Positions 18,423-27,774 of a stretch of 64,000 nucleotides of DNA are shown one piece after another (position 1 is the stretch's first letter; every line of letters begins with the position of its first letter). The DNA is from an archaeon (GTDB taxonomy: Archaea > Nanobdellota > Nanobdellia > SCGC-AAA011-G17 > GW2011-AR17), in assembly GCA_018656555.1 (NCBI GenBank), contig JABHZQ010000012.1, forward strand, positions 28,080 to 92,079, given 5' to 3'. The notes beneath the pieces were generated by a model that saw nothing but the letters and a program-made list of their open reading frames with translations, was not told where the DNA came from and did not search any database. A program made the translations under genes and the position numbers.

Positions 18423-19169
18423 TTATTGGTACTTTTCTAATAGTTTTGTATATTTTTTATTTAATCCACCTAGTCGGAATAGAACCACTTCTCTTAATCT
18501 ATGTTTCTTTGCTAAATCTAGATCTCTTTTTAAGAGTTTTATTGAAATTGTTTTTTCAGTACCTTGTGCACCTGTGGCTAGGACACCATAAGCTATTATG
18601 AATTTATTTCCATATTCTTCTTTACATTTAGTTAGTTCTCTATTCATTATATACTCTCCAAAGTCATGCATAGAACTATAAGCCATAATCATGGGATGAG
18701 TGTTTTTTCTATCTTTGAAAGATAGATTTAAGAATTTATAGAGGCTTTCTAGGGGCTTATTTACAAAGAAATACTCTGCCACATATACTTTTTTATGTTT
18801 TTTTATGAAATTGTTTATTAGTTTTTTATTTGAGAAGAAAAAAGGTAATTGAGTTATATAGAGTAGGGGATTTGGGTGGGTTGGAAGCTCTGCATCCCAC
18901 ATGATAGGTATTTTTGTGTGTTCGATTTCTCCTATTGTTCTCTTTAGTGCTTTTCTTTGAGTAAATGGTGAAAACCAATAGCCCTCTTTTTTCTTTAGTA
19001 ATGGCCAGTAAGCTATTTCTTTTACATGTTTTGATTTTATAGATTTTTTTAATTTTTTGAATTCATCTAAAGAATGTGCACCGAGGTAGAGCTTTGTTGG
19101 AAACTTGATTAGTTTTAGTTTTTCTAGATTCCTTTTGGTTGGAAATTCTTCATAAAAAGAGATTAACAT
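18423..19169 (-). CDS. Hypothetical protein (248 aa), function unknown
   Basis: Long ORF with typical local composition and no motif I can recognise. Confidence 0.35.
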   Translation of the reverse strand: MLISFYEEFPTKRNLEKLKLIKFPTKLYLGAHSLDEFKKLKKSIKSKHVKEIAYWPLLKKKEGYWFSPFTQRKALKRTIGEIEHTKIPIMWDAELPTHPNPLLYITQLPFFFSNKKLINNFIKKHKKVYVAEYFFVNKPLESLYKFLNLSFKDRKNTHPMIMAYSSMHDFGEYIMNRELTKCKEEYGNKFIIAYGVLATGAQGTEKTISIKLLKRDLDLAKKHRLREVVLFRLGGLNKKYTKLLEKYQ

Positions 19170-19211
19170 AGTATAGAAAGGTTTTTATTAATATAAATAA
19201 TTTTTCCTTAC

Positions 19212-19838
19212 ATGGTATCTGATGAAAAGGTAATGGAAATTGCAAAGGCGCTGCAGGGTTTGAGCCCTGAAGAGCAACAAGATAAATTCAATGAGTTAGT
19301 TCAGGGTTTGAGCCCTGAAGAGCAAAAAGAGGTTATTGAGAAATTAACTGGTGGTAATGGTGGAGGGGGAGAGTGTCCTTTTTGTGGTATGGTAGAGGGA
19401 AAAATTCCTGTGAAGAAGGTTTATGAAGATAATAAAGTAATGGCAATTTTGGATATTAATCCAGCTACAAAAGGTCATGTATTAGTTTTTCCAAAGAAAC
19501 ATGTTGCACTTATGACTCAACTTGATGAAACTATTGCAGGACATTTGTTTGATGTAGCCAATAAATTAAGTGGTATTTTATTCGAAGAGCTTGGTGCTCA
19601 AGGAACAAATGTTGTTGTTTCTAATGGTGCTATTGCTGGTCAGAAGGCTCCACACGCATTGATTAATATTATACCTCGGTTCGAAGGAGATAAAGTTGCT
19701 ATTAGTTGGCAAGGTGAGAAAGCAGAGGAAGGAGATCTTGAGGAAGTGAGAGAGAAGATCTCTAATCGGGCCAAAAATATATCTATGAGTGAACCAAAAG
19801 AAGAGAAATTTGTTGAAGAAGAACCTAGAATCCCATAA
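19212..19838 (+). CDS. HIT-family protein with a degenerate histidine triad and an N-terminal duplicated 16-aa motif
   Basis: 'CPFCGMVEGKIPVKKVYEDNKVMAILDINPATKGHVLVFPKKHV' is a classic HIT N-terminal half. The triad position reads 'APHALINIIPR' instead of HxHxHxx. Confidence 0.55.
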   Translation: MVSDEKVMEIAKALQGLSPEEQQDKFNELVQGLSPEEQKEVIEKLTGGNGGGGECPFCGMVEGKIPVKKVYEDNKVMAILDINPATKGHVLVFPKKHVALMTQLDETIAGHLFDVANKLSGILFEELGAQGTNVVVSNGAIAGQKAPHALINIIPRFEGDKVAISWQGEKAEEGDLEEVREKISNRAKNISMSEPKEEKFVEEEPRIP

Positions 19839-20673
19839 TTGATACTAAAATAGTAACGATTGTTGCTATTAACATTGCAGGGACAAAAGGAATACCTATC
19901 TTTACCCATGCATTTCTTATTTTATTCTTTTTCATTAATTTAATATCTTTTAGAGTTAAGCAAGGGTGTTTTTTTGAAATTAAAACTTTATTTTTATAAT
20001 AAACATCTTTTGCTAACCAATCTCCTTCAGTTACTCTTTCTAATGGAAGTTGCTTGATAAACGATAGTTTCTCTACAATCTTTACAAATATACTAATATA
20101 GAAATAAGCCATTAGGAAAAGAGCTAAGATAATTAGTAATGCTTTTATTGTTAAGATAGGAATTAGTATACTTGAAATTAAAATCATAACTGCTATCATA
20201 AGTATTATGTTCCTTAATCTTCTTTTTTTTATTAATTCTTTTTTTAGTAAGGGGTTTGCTTTCTTTCTATTTTTAAAATATAGTACTATTGCAAAAATTA
20301 ACCCATAAAGACCTCCAATGATTATTACATTTAAAAAAAGTATTAGCAAGAAGGGCAAAGTTAGATTGGAAAAATAAGGTGCTGTTCCAAATGCAGCCCC
20401 AAATCCCATCAAAAGCTTTGCATCTGCTCCACCCCATTGTTTTGTTCTATACATTATAAGAGCTATTATGAACATTATTCCAAACCCTAGTAATCCATAT
20501 AGGAAGAAAGTGTACTCTCTTGTGATTATAGAATGTATTAATCTTATGACTAAAGCTATGACAATTAAGCCGATTGTTAGGTTATCTGGTACTTCTCTGG
20601 TTCTTAGATCCCATATAGAGGATATAATCAAAATAAGTAGTGCAACTGAAATTAAGATAATGTCTGTGATCAT
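19825..20673 (-). CDS. A24-family aspartic peptidase (prepilin/preflagellin peptidase, PibD/FlaK-like) with a C-terminal extension
   Basis: Polytopic protein. The first Asp motif is 'SSIWDLRTREVPDNL' and the second is 'KQWGGADAKLLMGFG' (GGxDxKL). Confidence 0.6.
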   Translation of the reverse strand: MITDIILISVALLILIISSIWDLRTREVPDNLTIGLIVIALVIRLIHSIITREYTFFLYGLLGFGIMFIIALIMYRTKQWGGADAKLLMGFGAAFGTAPYFSNLTLPFLLILFLNVIIIGGLYGLIFAIVLYFKNRKKANPLLKKELIKKRRLRNIILMIAVMILISSILIPILTIKALLIILALFLMAYFYISIFVKIVEKLSFIKQLPLERVTEGDWLAKDVYYKNKVLISKKHPCLTLKDIKLMKKNKIRNAWVKIGIPFVPAMLIATIVTILVSIMGF

Positions 20674-20749
20674 ATAAGATTTGTAAGAAATAATGTTTAA
20701 AAATGTTTTGAAAAAAATAAAAAAAGATAAATCCGTGAAAAGTCAGATT

Positions 20750-21019
20750 TTACCTTTTTTTCTTAACTTTTCTTTTTTTAACTTTTCTTTTTACAGCTTT
20801 TTTCTTCACTTTTCTTTTCTTTGCTTTTTTCTTCACTTTTCTTTTCACTGCTTTTTTCTTTTTAGCTTTTCTTTTCACTGTTTTCTTTTTAGCTTTTCTT
20901 TTCACTGTTTTTTTCTTCACTTTTCTTTTTACAGCTTTCTTTTTCACTTTTCTTTTTACAGCTTTCTTTTTCACTTTTCTTTTCACTGCTTTCTTTTTAG
21001 CTTTTCTTCGAACAACCAT
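20750..21019 (-). CDS. Lysine-rich tandem-repeat protein (approximately 9 copies of the AVKRKVKKK motif), probably nucleic-acid binding
   Basis: 89-aa ORF 'MVVRRKAKKKAVKRKVKKKAVKRKVKKK…'. SD-like 'gaggtgaggtg' lies 8 nt upstream of the ATG on the minus strand. The motif also occurs in the S3 C-terminal tail. Confidence 0.45.
   Translation of the reverse strand: MVVRRKAKKKAVKRKVKKKAVKRKVKKKAVKRKVKKKTVKRKAKKKTVKRKAKKKKAVKRKVKKKAKKRKVKKKAVKRKVKKRKVKKKR
20755..21000. repeat. Imperfect 27-bp tandem repeat array (~9 copies) underlying the Lys-rich ORF
   Basis: Repeated unit 'cttttctttttacagctttctttttca' and variants, contiguous with no spacers. Confidence 0.7.
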
Positions 21020-21232
21020 TTTATGAACACCTCACCTCTTTTTTTTTAGATTGCAGTATGCAATTTAATAATAAACATAGGTGGTTAATAGTTTAAAAAT
21101 GTTTTGATTTTAAAATTAACTAAAAGTTTTAATTATTGAAAAAATAACTATTGTTAAAATAGATTATTAACTATTGTTAAGAGGAATTTTTGATGCGGAA
21201 AACATATAAATTGATCAAAAATTGAAATAAAA

Positions 21233-22294
21233 ATGATTACAATTGTTGGTGCTGGCCCCGTCGGTAATTATCTTGCATATAGGTTTGCAAAGCAAAATAA
21301 AGATGTGAGGGTAGTGGAGGAACATAAAGAGATAGGTAAGCCTGTACAATGCACAGGGATTGTTACTAGTGAATTTGGAAAAATAATCAAGCCATGTAAG
21401 AAATTTTTAATTAACAAAGTAAGTAGAGCTAAAATATTTTCCTCAACAAATAAATTTACTGAAGTAAAGTTAACAAAAGAAAATCTTATCTTAGATAGAA
21501 CAAAACTTGACTTTTATCTACATGAACAGGCTAAAAAAGAAGGAGCAGAGTATATTTTAGGTAAAAGATTTGAAGGTAACCATAAAAACAAAGTAAAAAT
21601 TAATAACAAAGTCATGAAAACTGATTATTTGGTTGGTGCGGATGGACCTTTTTCTACTGTTGCTAAGAAAAATAATATGTCTCAAGGAAGAAAATTCATT
21701 ATAGGCAGTCAAGTAAGAACCAAAGTTAATTGTGAAAAAGATCTTGTTGAGTTTTATCTAGGTGTTGGTAGTTTTGCTTGGTTAGTGCCAGAAAGTGAGG
21801 ATATTGCTAGAGTGGGAGTTGTATCTTATGATAATCCTAAACCCCACCTAGATAAATTGCTAAAAAATAGATGTCCTGGCTGTAAGACTATAGATAGACA
21901 GGGTGGTTTTATACCTATTTATAATCCTCAACAGAAGTTAATGAAAGATAATGTACTATTAGTGGGAGATGCTGCAACCCAAGTTAAAGCTACAACTTTT
22001 GGAGGTTTAGTCCCTGGATTGATTGCAGCTGAAACTATGGTAGATAATATTGAAGACTATCATAAGAAAGCAAGAAAGAGACTACACAAGGATCTTTATC
22101 TGAATTTGATGATAAGAAGAGTTATGGATAGGTTTAAAGAGAAGGATTATGATGATTTGGTTGGCATGTTTATGAAAGATAAAGTTAGAAAGATTATAGA
22201 AGAGAAAGATAGAGATTTTCCTAGTAAGTTTATTCTACAATTATTGTTAAAAGAACCTAGATTGTTAAAATTTTCTTCAAAACTAATAATTTAA
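21233..22294 (+). CDS. Geranylgeranyl reductase family FAD-dependent oxidoreductase
   Basis: Rossmann 'MITIVGAGPVGNYLAYRFA', 'VVEEHKEIGKPVQCTG', and 'LVGDAA'. Confidence 0.65.
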   Translation: MITIVGAGPVGNYLAYRFAKQNKDVRVVEEHKEIGKPVQCTGIVTSEFGKIIKPCKKFLINKVSRAKIFSSTNKFTEVKLTKENLILDRTKLDFYLHEQAKKEGAEYILGKRFEGNHKNKVKINNKVMKTDYLVGADGPFSTVAKKNNMSQGRKFIIGSQVRTKVNCEKDLVEFYLGVGSFAWLVPESEDIARVGVVSYDNPKPHLDKLLKNRCPGCKTIDRQGGFIPIYNPQQKLMKDNVLLVGDAATQVKATTFGGLVPGLIAAETMVDNIEDYHKKARKRLHKDLYLNLMIRRVMDRFKEKDYDDLVGMFMKDKVRKIIEEKDRDFPSKFILQLLLKEPRLLKFSSKLII

Positions 22295-23350
22295 ATTATA
22301 TCTTAGAATTGCACCAATCCCACCCAGCCCTTGGAGTTTCTTTCCTGCCTCATGGTCGGTAGATATTATATGTACATCTCCTTTTTGTTGATCAACTGCT
22401 TTCATTATTTTATCTAATTCCTCAAATTTATTTTCTTCTCTTAATTTATGTATGATTTCATCAGTAACTAGCAGTTTTTTAATTGCACCAGCATCTGATG
22501 CCTGTTTAACCTCTTTAATACCATAAGCACCTTCTTTGTTTGCTGCTATTTTCTCTAATAATTCTTCTACATATTGTGTTTCCCTTGTGGTTCTATCTTT
22601 TTTTAGTACAGACTCCACTTCTTTTCTCTTTAGAACTTCCTCGATTGCATTTTTTCCCAAAGTGTTACAGGTTGCTAGAGTAATTTTGTTTGTTAACTGA
22701 GAATATTTCTTTTTTATTTCTTTCATTAGATCTTCTTTCCAAAAAGCAGGGCTTGCAAGGATTATACTTTCTAAATTATACCTATCTACATATTCTTTCA
22801 TAATCTTTGCTATATCTAAATAGAAATCCTTAGTATTTTTGTTTTCTACTTCTTTCTTTTGAACTTGGCCTTCTATTTCGGTTAATATTTTATAACCTGA
22901 TGGAGTTAATAGTGCAAATGTTGCTTGTTCTCTATCTAATGCACAGATTAAAATGTTGGATATTTTTTCCTCTGTTGATTCCTTTAATCTTTGTAATTGG
23001 TATTTGGGCCAAACTAATTTTCTAATTTTAATTGTTGTTTTATCATCAATATCAAATGTATGATAAAATCCTCTAGGTATATCTTCTGGTGCTTGAGTTA
23101 TTTTCCCAGATACTCTTAGGGAATTAGAATATTTATGAAATTCTATTTTTTCTGCTTTTATTTCAAGAGTTACAACTTTTTTGATTATTTTAGTATTTCT
23201 TTCATCTTCACCAAGTCTAATTTTTCTAATGGTCTTTCCAGTAATTAAATCATTTTCATCTATTATATTAGAAAGAAACCACAAATCATCTAATGAGTTG
23301 GTTAATAATTTTACTTCTCCTTTCTTTATATCTTGAAAAATTATTTTCAT
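22283..23350 (-). CDS. pelA: Pelota (aPelota/Dom34, mRNA surveillance factor)
   Basis: 355 aa with an eRF1-like three-domain organisation; the N-terminal region is Pelota-type. Confidence 0.75.
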   Translation of the reverse strand: MKIIFQDIKKGEVKLLTNSLDDLWFLSNIIDENDLITGKTIRKIRLGEDERNTKIIKKVVTLEIKAEKIEFHKYSNSLRVSGKITQAPEDIPRGFYHTFDIDDKTTIKIRKLVWPKYQLQRLKESTEEKISNILICALDREQATFALLTPSGYKILTEIEGQVQKKEVENKNTKDFYLDIAKIMKEYVDRYNLESIILASPAFWKEDLMKEIKKKYSQLTNKITLATCNTLGKNAIEEVLKRKEVESVLKKDRTTRETQYVEELLEKIAANKEGAYGIKEVKQASDAGAIKKLLVTDEIIHKLREENKFEELDKIMKAVDQQKGDVHIISTDHEAGKKLQGLGGIGAILRYNLNY

Positions 23351-23395
23351 GCAAATTGAAAAAGTTTATATATTAATAAGTTTATTTATTCTAGC

Positions 23396-24571
23396 ATGAA
23401 TAGGAAGGGAGTACAGTCTGCAATTGAAGTATCAATTCTAATTTTTATTATTGCTGGAATTTTAGTAGGTTATGTTATACTAATTCCTGAAGACCAAAGA
23501 AATGAACTATTAGATGATGATGATGATACTTCTACCGACGGAACAGAAAGTACTTCTACAGATTCAGGAACTACTTTATTATCTGCAAGTCCGGGTGAAG
23601 TTGAACCAAGAAAATCAGAAACAATGATTTATGGTTTAGATCCTACCAAGTTATATTCAAAGATTGAAACTGAAACTCAGACTCTTGCAAATTCTTTAAC
23701 TATTTCTAGGAGTCTTATCCATAATGACTATAAGAACATCTATTTTGATATAGATAGAGATAGTTTGGATAAACTAGAATTATTATTATTAATTGTAGAG
23801 TCTAAAGGCAAGTTAAAAGTGGAAATAAATGATCAAGAGATTTATTATGATGAATTAACTAGTAATGAGTTACCATTAGAAATCCCTAAAGCTTATTTAC
23901 AAGATGAAGATAATATTTTGAAATTAACTTCAAACTCACCAGGTTGGAGGTTATTTTCTTCCAATTACTATACAATACAAGATGTTGAATTGATTAAAGA
24001 CTATTTAGTAGAGGATACTTCTAAAATAAAGACATTTAGTGTTGATGAGGTAAGCACATTAAAGAGTGCTACTCTAAGTTATTATATCACATGTAATACT
24101 CCTGAGGAGGGTAGATTAACCATTACACTAAATGAAAGAGAAGTGTTTGATGATGATATTTTTTGTGAGTATTTAGAAAAAAGAGAATTAGTATTAGATG
24201 ATGATTATTTGAGAACTACAAATACATTAATCTTTGAGATTGATGAAGGAGATTATAATCTAGATGAAATAGAGGTTGCATTGCTATCTCAAGGTAGAGA
24301 TTATCCAACCTATACTTTTGAATTAGATTCTGATGATTATGAAGACGTATCTTCTGGGGAAAAAGAGGTGTTCCTAGAGGTGAGTTTTGGCGATGACTCA
24401 AGTCATAAAGAAGCTACTATCTATGTACAAGAATACAGTTTTAACATAAATACCTATAGTACTGATTACGAGAAAGAGATAAGTAGCTATGTAGACAATG
24501 GAGCCAATACAATAAAAATACAACCAAGTGTTACTTTTGATATTGAGAACTTTAAAGTGGTCTTAAAATGA
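23396..24571 (+). CDS. Surface protein with an N-terminus resembling an archaeal class III (type IV pilin-like) signal peptide
   Basis: 'MNRKGVQSAIEVSILIFIIAGILVGYVILIP' resembles KG followed by QxSxE(Y/F)-type prepilin signals. An acidic linker 'DDDDDTSTDGTESTSTDSGTT' follows, then a large ectodomain. Confidence 0.4.
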   Translation: MNRKGVQSAIEVSILIFIIAGILVGYVILIPEDQRNELLDDDDDTSTDGTESTSTDSGTTLLSASPGEVEPRKSETMIYGLDPTKLYSKIETETQTLANSLTISRSLIHNDYKNIYFDIDRDSLDKLELLLLIVESKGKLKVEINDQEIYYDELTSNELPLEIPKAYLQDEDNILKLTSNSPGWRLFSSNYYTIQDVELIKDYLVEDTSKIKTFSVDEVSTLKSATLSYYITCNTPEEGRLTITLNEREVFDDDIFCEYLEKRELVLDDDYLRTTNTLIFEIDEGDYNLDEIEVALLSQGRDYPTYTFELDSDDYEDVSSGEKEVFLEVSFGDDSSHKEATIYVQEYSFNINTYSTDYEKEISSYVDNGANTIKIQPSVTFDIENFKVVLK

Positions 24572-24606
24572 AAAAGTAATTAAATAATTCTTTATTATTT
24601 TTTATT

Positions 24607-25827
24607 ATGGGAGATATTGTTGCTGATTTACACATACATTCTAGGTTCTCTAGAGCTTGTAGTAATAAGATAAGTATTGAGACATTAGAGAAGTATGCAA
24701 AGATCAAGGGTTTGGATTTATTGGGCACTGGCGACTTCCAACATCCAGAATGGTTTAAAGAATTGGATCAATTAGATGAGAGAGATGGGATGTTGTATAC
24801 TAAAACTGGTTTTCCTTTTGTTTGGCAAACAGAAATCTCTTTGATTTATACCCAAGATGGCAGATGTAGAAAGGTCCATCAGCTTGTTTTTGCACCCAAT
24901 AAGGATGTTGTTAAACAGATTACAGAGTTTCTATTATCTAAAGGGAGAATTGATTATGATGGTAGACCCATCTTCGGTATGACAAGTATTGAATTTGTAG
25001 AAAGTTTGAAGAAGATTTCTAAGGATATTGAGATTATTCCTGCACATATCTGGACACCATGGTTTAGTCTTTTTGGTTCTAACTCTGGGTTTGATTCAAT
25101 AAAAGATTGTTTCCAAGATCAACTAAAACACATTTATGCTTTAGAGACTGGGTTGAGTAGTGATCCGGAGATGAATTGGAGGATTTCTGAACTAGATAAT
25201 TATAACTTGGTATCATTTTCAGACATGCATTCATTGTATCCTTGGAGGATGGGTAGAGAGGCCACACTATTAGATATTGATCTTAACTACAAGGATTTAA
25301 TAAAAGCCATAAGGACAAAAAAAGGATACAAAGGTACTATAGAGGTTGATCCCAATTATGGGAAGTATCATTGGGATGGACATAGAAATTGTAATGTGGT
25401 TTTATCTCCAAAAGAAACTGTAAAGGCCAAAGGGATCTGTCCAGTGTGCAAAAAACCATTGACGATTGGTGTGGATTATAGAGTAGAAGAGTTGGCTGAT
25501 AGACCTCTAGGGTATAAACCTAAAAATTATACCCCTTACAAAAAATTAATACCTATTGCTGAACTTGTCTCTATGTACTTACAAAGAGGAATAGCTACAA
25601 AAGGAGTAAGTGAGATTTTTGATAGACTGATAAAAAGATTTGGTTCTGAATTAAATATCATGTTAAATGTAGATAAAAAGGATCTTGTTGATGAAGTTGG
25701 AGAGAAATTAACTCAAATAATACTTAGAAATAGAGAGAGTCAAATAAACATAAAACCTGGTTATGATGGAGTTTATGGTGTTCCTTTATTAGAAGAGAAA
25801 AAACAAAAATCTTTAGTTGAATTCTAA
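24607..25827 (+). CDS. PHP-domain nuclease, endonuclease Q (EndoQ)-like
   Basis: 'ADLHIHSRFSRACS' PHP-type N-terminus; ~406 aa; C-terminal 'HWDGHRNCN…CPVCKK' Zn-binding segment. Confidence 0.45.
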   Translation: MGDIVADLHIHSRFSRACSNKISIETLEKYAKIKGLDLLGTGDFQHPEWFKELDQLDERDGMLYTKTGFPFVWQTEISLIYTQDGRCRKVHQLVFAPNKDVVKQITEFLLSKGRIDYDGRPIFGMTSIEFVESLKKISKDIEIIPAHIWTPWFSLFGSNSGFDSIKDCFQDQLKHIYALETGLSSDPEMNWRISELDNYNLVSFSDMHSLYPWRMGREATLLDIDLNYKDLIKAIRTKKGYKGTIEVDPNYGKYHWDGHRNCNVVLSPKETVKAKGICPVCKKPLTIGVDYRVEELADRPLGYKPKNYTPYKKLIPIAELVSMYLQRGIATKGVSEIFDRLIKRFGSELNIMLNVDKKDLVDEVGEKLTQIILRNRESQINIKPGYDGVYGVPLLEEKKQKSLVEF

Positions 25828-26585
25828 CCAAAGTAATTAACATCATTATTTTCTTTTTGTTCTTGTGTTGCTGCTTCTGCTAGCTTTTTTGTTTTAGTTT
25901 TGATTTCTTGCTCTAACTCGGCTATTTCTTCAGATAGTGTTTTTAAATTTAACTTGAAATTAAACTTTTTATCTAGTACTGCAAGAGTTTCTTTGGATCC
26001 TTTTATTCCTAAATATGCAGGGTGTCCAAATGTTTGTGTTAACAAAGATACAGCTTGTACATTTCTTTTAGCAGCTGCACCAAGTAGAACTCCAGTTACA
26101 CCCATTATTGGACCAACTACACCATAGATCTTACTTGAACAGCCTTTGAATGAAGATACCATTTCTTTATTATTACCTGTAATGTAAACTTTTGGTTTTT
26201 TTGGTATTTTTTGTAGACCTATACCTCCAAGAGTTACTATTTGTTTTCCTTCAAATTTATCCATAACATCTAAGACCACTTCACAAAACTTGTAACATGA
26301 AGCTTCATCAATAGGTTGAATATCTCCAACTAGGAAGAAAAAGTCTTGCTTGCTAACTTTTTTATGCCAAATTTCAACAACTGGCAAATTAATTAGATTA
26401 TCTTCATTAACAAAAACTGAGTGAGGAAAATAGTGAGAGTGAATTTCTATAATCTTCTTACATTTTAGACTTTCAACTAGAAAATCTGCTGCAACTTTAC
26501 CCACATTACCAATACCAGGTAACCCCTCTATCAATATGGGATTTTTTACCTTTGTTTTTGTAAGAAATTTTACTTCAAAACTCAT
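25824..26585 (-). CDS. PAC2-family (proteasome assembly chaperone-like) protein
   Basis: 'ILIEGLPGIGNVGKVAADFL' matches the PAC2/COG1938 N-terminal motif; a coiled-coil C-terminus follows. Confidence 0.55.
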   Translation of the reverse strand: MSFEVKFLTKTKVKNPILIEGLPGIGNVGKVAADFLVESLKCKKIIEIHSHYFPHSVFVNEDNLINLPVVEIWHKKVSKQDFFFLVGDIQPIDEASCYKFCEVVLDVMDKFEGKQIVTLGGIGLQKIPKKPKVYITGNNKEMVSSFKGCSSKIYGVVGPIMGVTGVLLGAAAKRNVQAVSLLTQTFGHPAYLGIKGSKETLAVLDKKFNFKLNLKTLSEEIAELEQEIKTKTKKLAEAATQEQKENNDVNYFG

Positions 26586-26608
26586 CTTGTTAAAAAAGAA
26601 TGTGTCTT

Positions 26609-26773
26609 TTATAAAGCTTGTTGTTGTTTTTTATACTCTCTACGGTATTTACCCCATTTATCTTCTGGGTTGAATTTAGCTGGCCGAGTAGTTACTGTCT
26701 TTTTACCACAACTACAGGTCTCTTTAAGAGTGTATTTATCACAGTTTTTACAATATAGTATTTTAGAACTCAT
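26609..26773 (-). CDS. nop10: H/ACA ribonucleoprotein component Nop10
   Basis: 54 aa 'MSSKILYCKNCDKYTLKETCSCGKKTVTTRPAKFNPEDKWGKYRREYKKQQQAL' has the Nop10 Zn ribbon and the RPAKFNPED motif. Not in the ORF track. Confidence 0.7.
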   Translation of the reverse strand: MSSKILYCKNCDKYTLKETCSCGKKTVTTRPAKFNPEDKWGKYRREYKKQQQAL

Positions 26774-27564
26774 TTTTTCTTTATTAATTCATAAGAACCT
26801 TTTGATTTTTTTATTCCCTTTTGAATTTTGTCACATACTTTTTCTAATTGTTCTTGTGCAGTCTTATAATCGGAAGAGTAAGATTCTATTCTATACCTTG
26901 GGGCTGAAATATAAACTATACCCATTTTGTATTCATTCTTTTTTGCAAACTCTTCAGCCGCAATAAGAACTTTTTTTATTTCTTCTATCCCATTTTCAGA
27001 GGGATTTTGTAGATTAACAAAAGCACCAACTAGAACCTCTGGAGGTTTTATTTTATCTTGAATTGTTTCAACCAGTAGTTTAGTATATTTGGATGGAAGT
27101 TCTAAGTCCGCTATTACTTCCTCTCCTTTTGCAGATATTTCAAAAAAAGCATGTGAGAGAAGATCAAACTCTTCTATTAATTTGAAACCTACATTTTTGT
27201 AATAATCTAATAATGTTGTCTTTTGTTGTTTTGCTACAGACTCCATTAATTTTTCAGCTTTGATTTCTTGTTTAAATTCATCATTTTTCTTGTTCCTTAA
27301 AGACATTGAAACCCTTCTTAAGGATAGATCTACTTGTTTTTGCTTTTCATTTACTCTTAGAACTACACAAACTAGTTTCTTTCCTTCTTTAACATAATCT
27401 CGAATGTTCCTTATTCTTCCAGGAGCTATTTCAGAAATGTGAATCATACCATCTTGTTTTTCATATTCATCTAGATCAACAAAAATAGAATGATATAGGA
27501 TTTTCTTAACTGTACAAATTACTATTTCATTTTCCCGAGGTAATCCTTTCTTCTTGTAAAACAT
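26770..27564 (-). CDS. Translation initiation factor aIF-2 alpha subunit
   Basis: N-terminal S1 domain 'LPRENEIVICTVKKILYHSIFVDLDEYEKQDGMIHISEIAPGRIRNIRDYVKEGK'; length 264 aa. Confidence 0.8.
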   Translation of the reverse strand: MFYKKKGLPRENEIVICTVKKILYHSIFVDLDEYEKQDGMIHISEIAPGRIRNIRDYVKEGKKLVCVVLRVNEKQKQVDLSLRRVSMSLRNKKNDEFKQEIKAEKLMESVAKQQKTTLLDYYKNVGFKLIEEFDLLSHAFFEISAKGEEVIADLELPSKYTKLLVETIQDKIKPPEVLVGAFVNLQNPSENGIEEIKKVLIAAEEFAKKNEYKMGIVYISAPRYRIESYSSDYKTAQEQLEKVCDKIQKGIKKSKGSYELIKKK

Positions 27565-27596
27565 AATAGAGAAAAAAGACTGTTTATTTAAAAGGT

Positions 27597-27773
27597 TTAC
27601 TCTAGAACTTCAATAACTTGAGCTTCTATCTTGCTTTTTCCACCAGTTGCTAAAGCAAGAGGTTCTCCACAAACAAGGCAATCTATTTTAGATGAACACT
27701 TGCCAAAGATTATTTGTTCATTTTTACACTTACAACGAACTTTTATGAATTTTCCTTTTGGTTCTTGAATCAT
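27597..27773 (-). CDS. Ribosomal protein S27e
   Basis: 58 aa 'MIQEPKGKFIKVRCKCKNEQIIFGKCSSKIDCLVCGEPLALATGGKSKIEAQVIEVLE' with a C4 Zn finger. Not in the ORF track. Confidence 0.75.
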   Translation of the reverse strand: MIQEPKGKFIKVRCKCKNEQIIFGKCSSKIDCLVCGEPLALATGGKSKIEAQVIEVLE

Positions 27774-27774
27774 T

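Noticed and set aside
20755-21000. Possible CRISPR array suggested by regularly spaced short repeats
   Set aside because: The repeats are contiguous 27-bp units with no unique spacers. They form an open reading frame and there are no cas genes; this is a coding tandem repeat.
20693-21049. Plus-strand ORF encoding a Phe/Ser/Leu-rich low-complexity peptide over the 27-bp repeat array
   Set aside because: It is the antisense frame of the Lys-rich repeat gene. Its composition (Phe runs, no charged residues) is implausible for this proteome, whereas the minus-strand frame has an RBS and a motif shared with the S3 tail.
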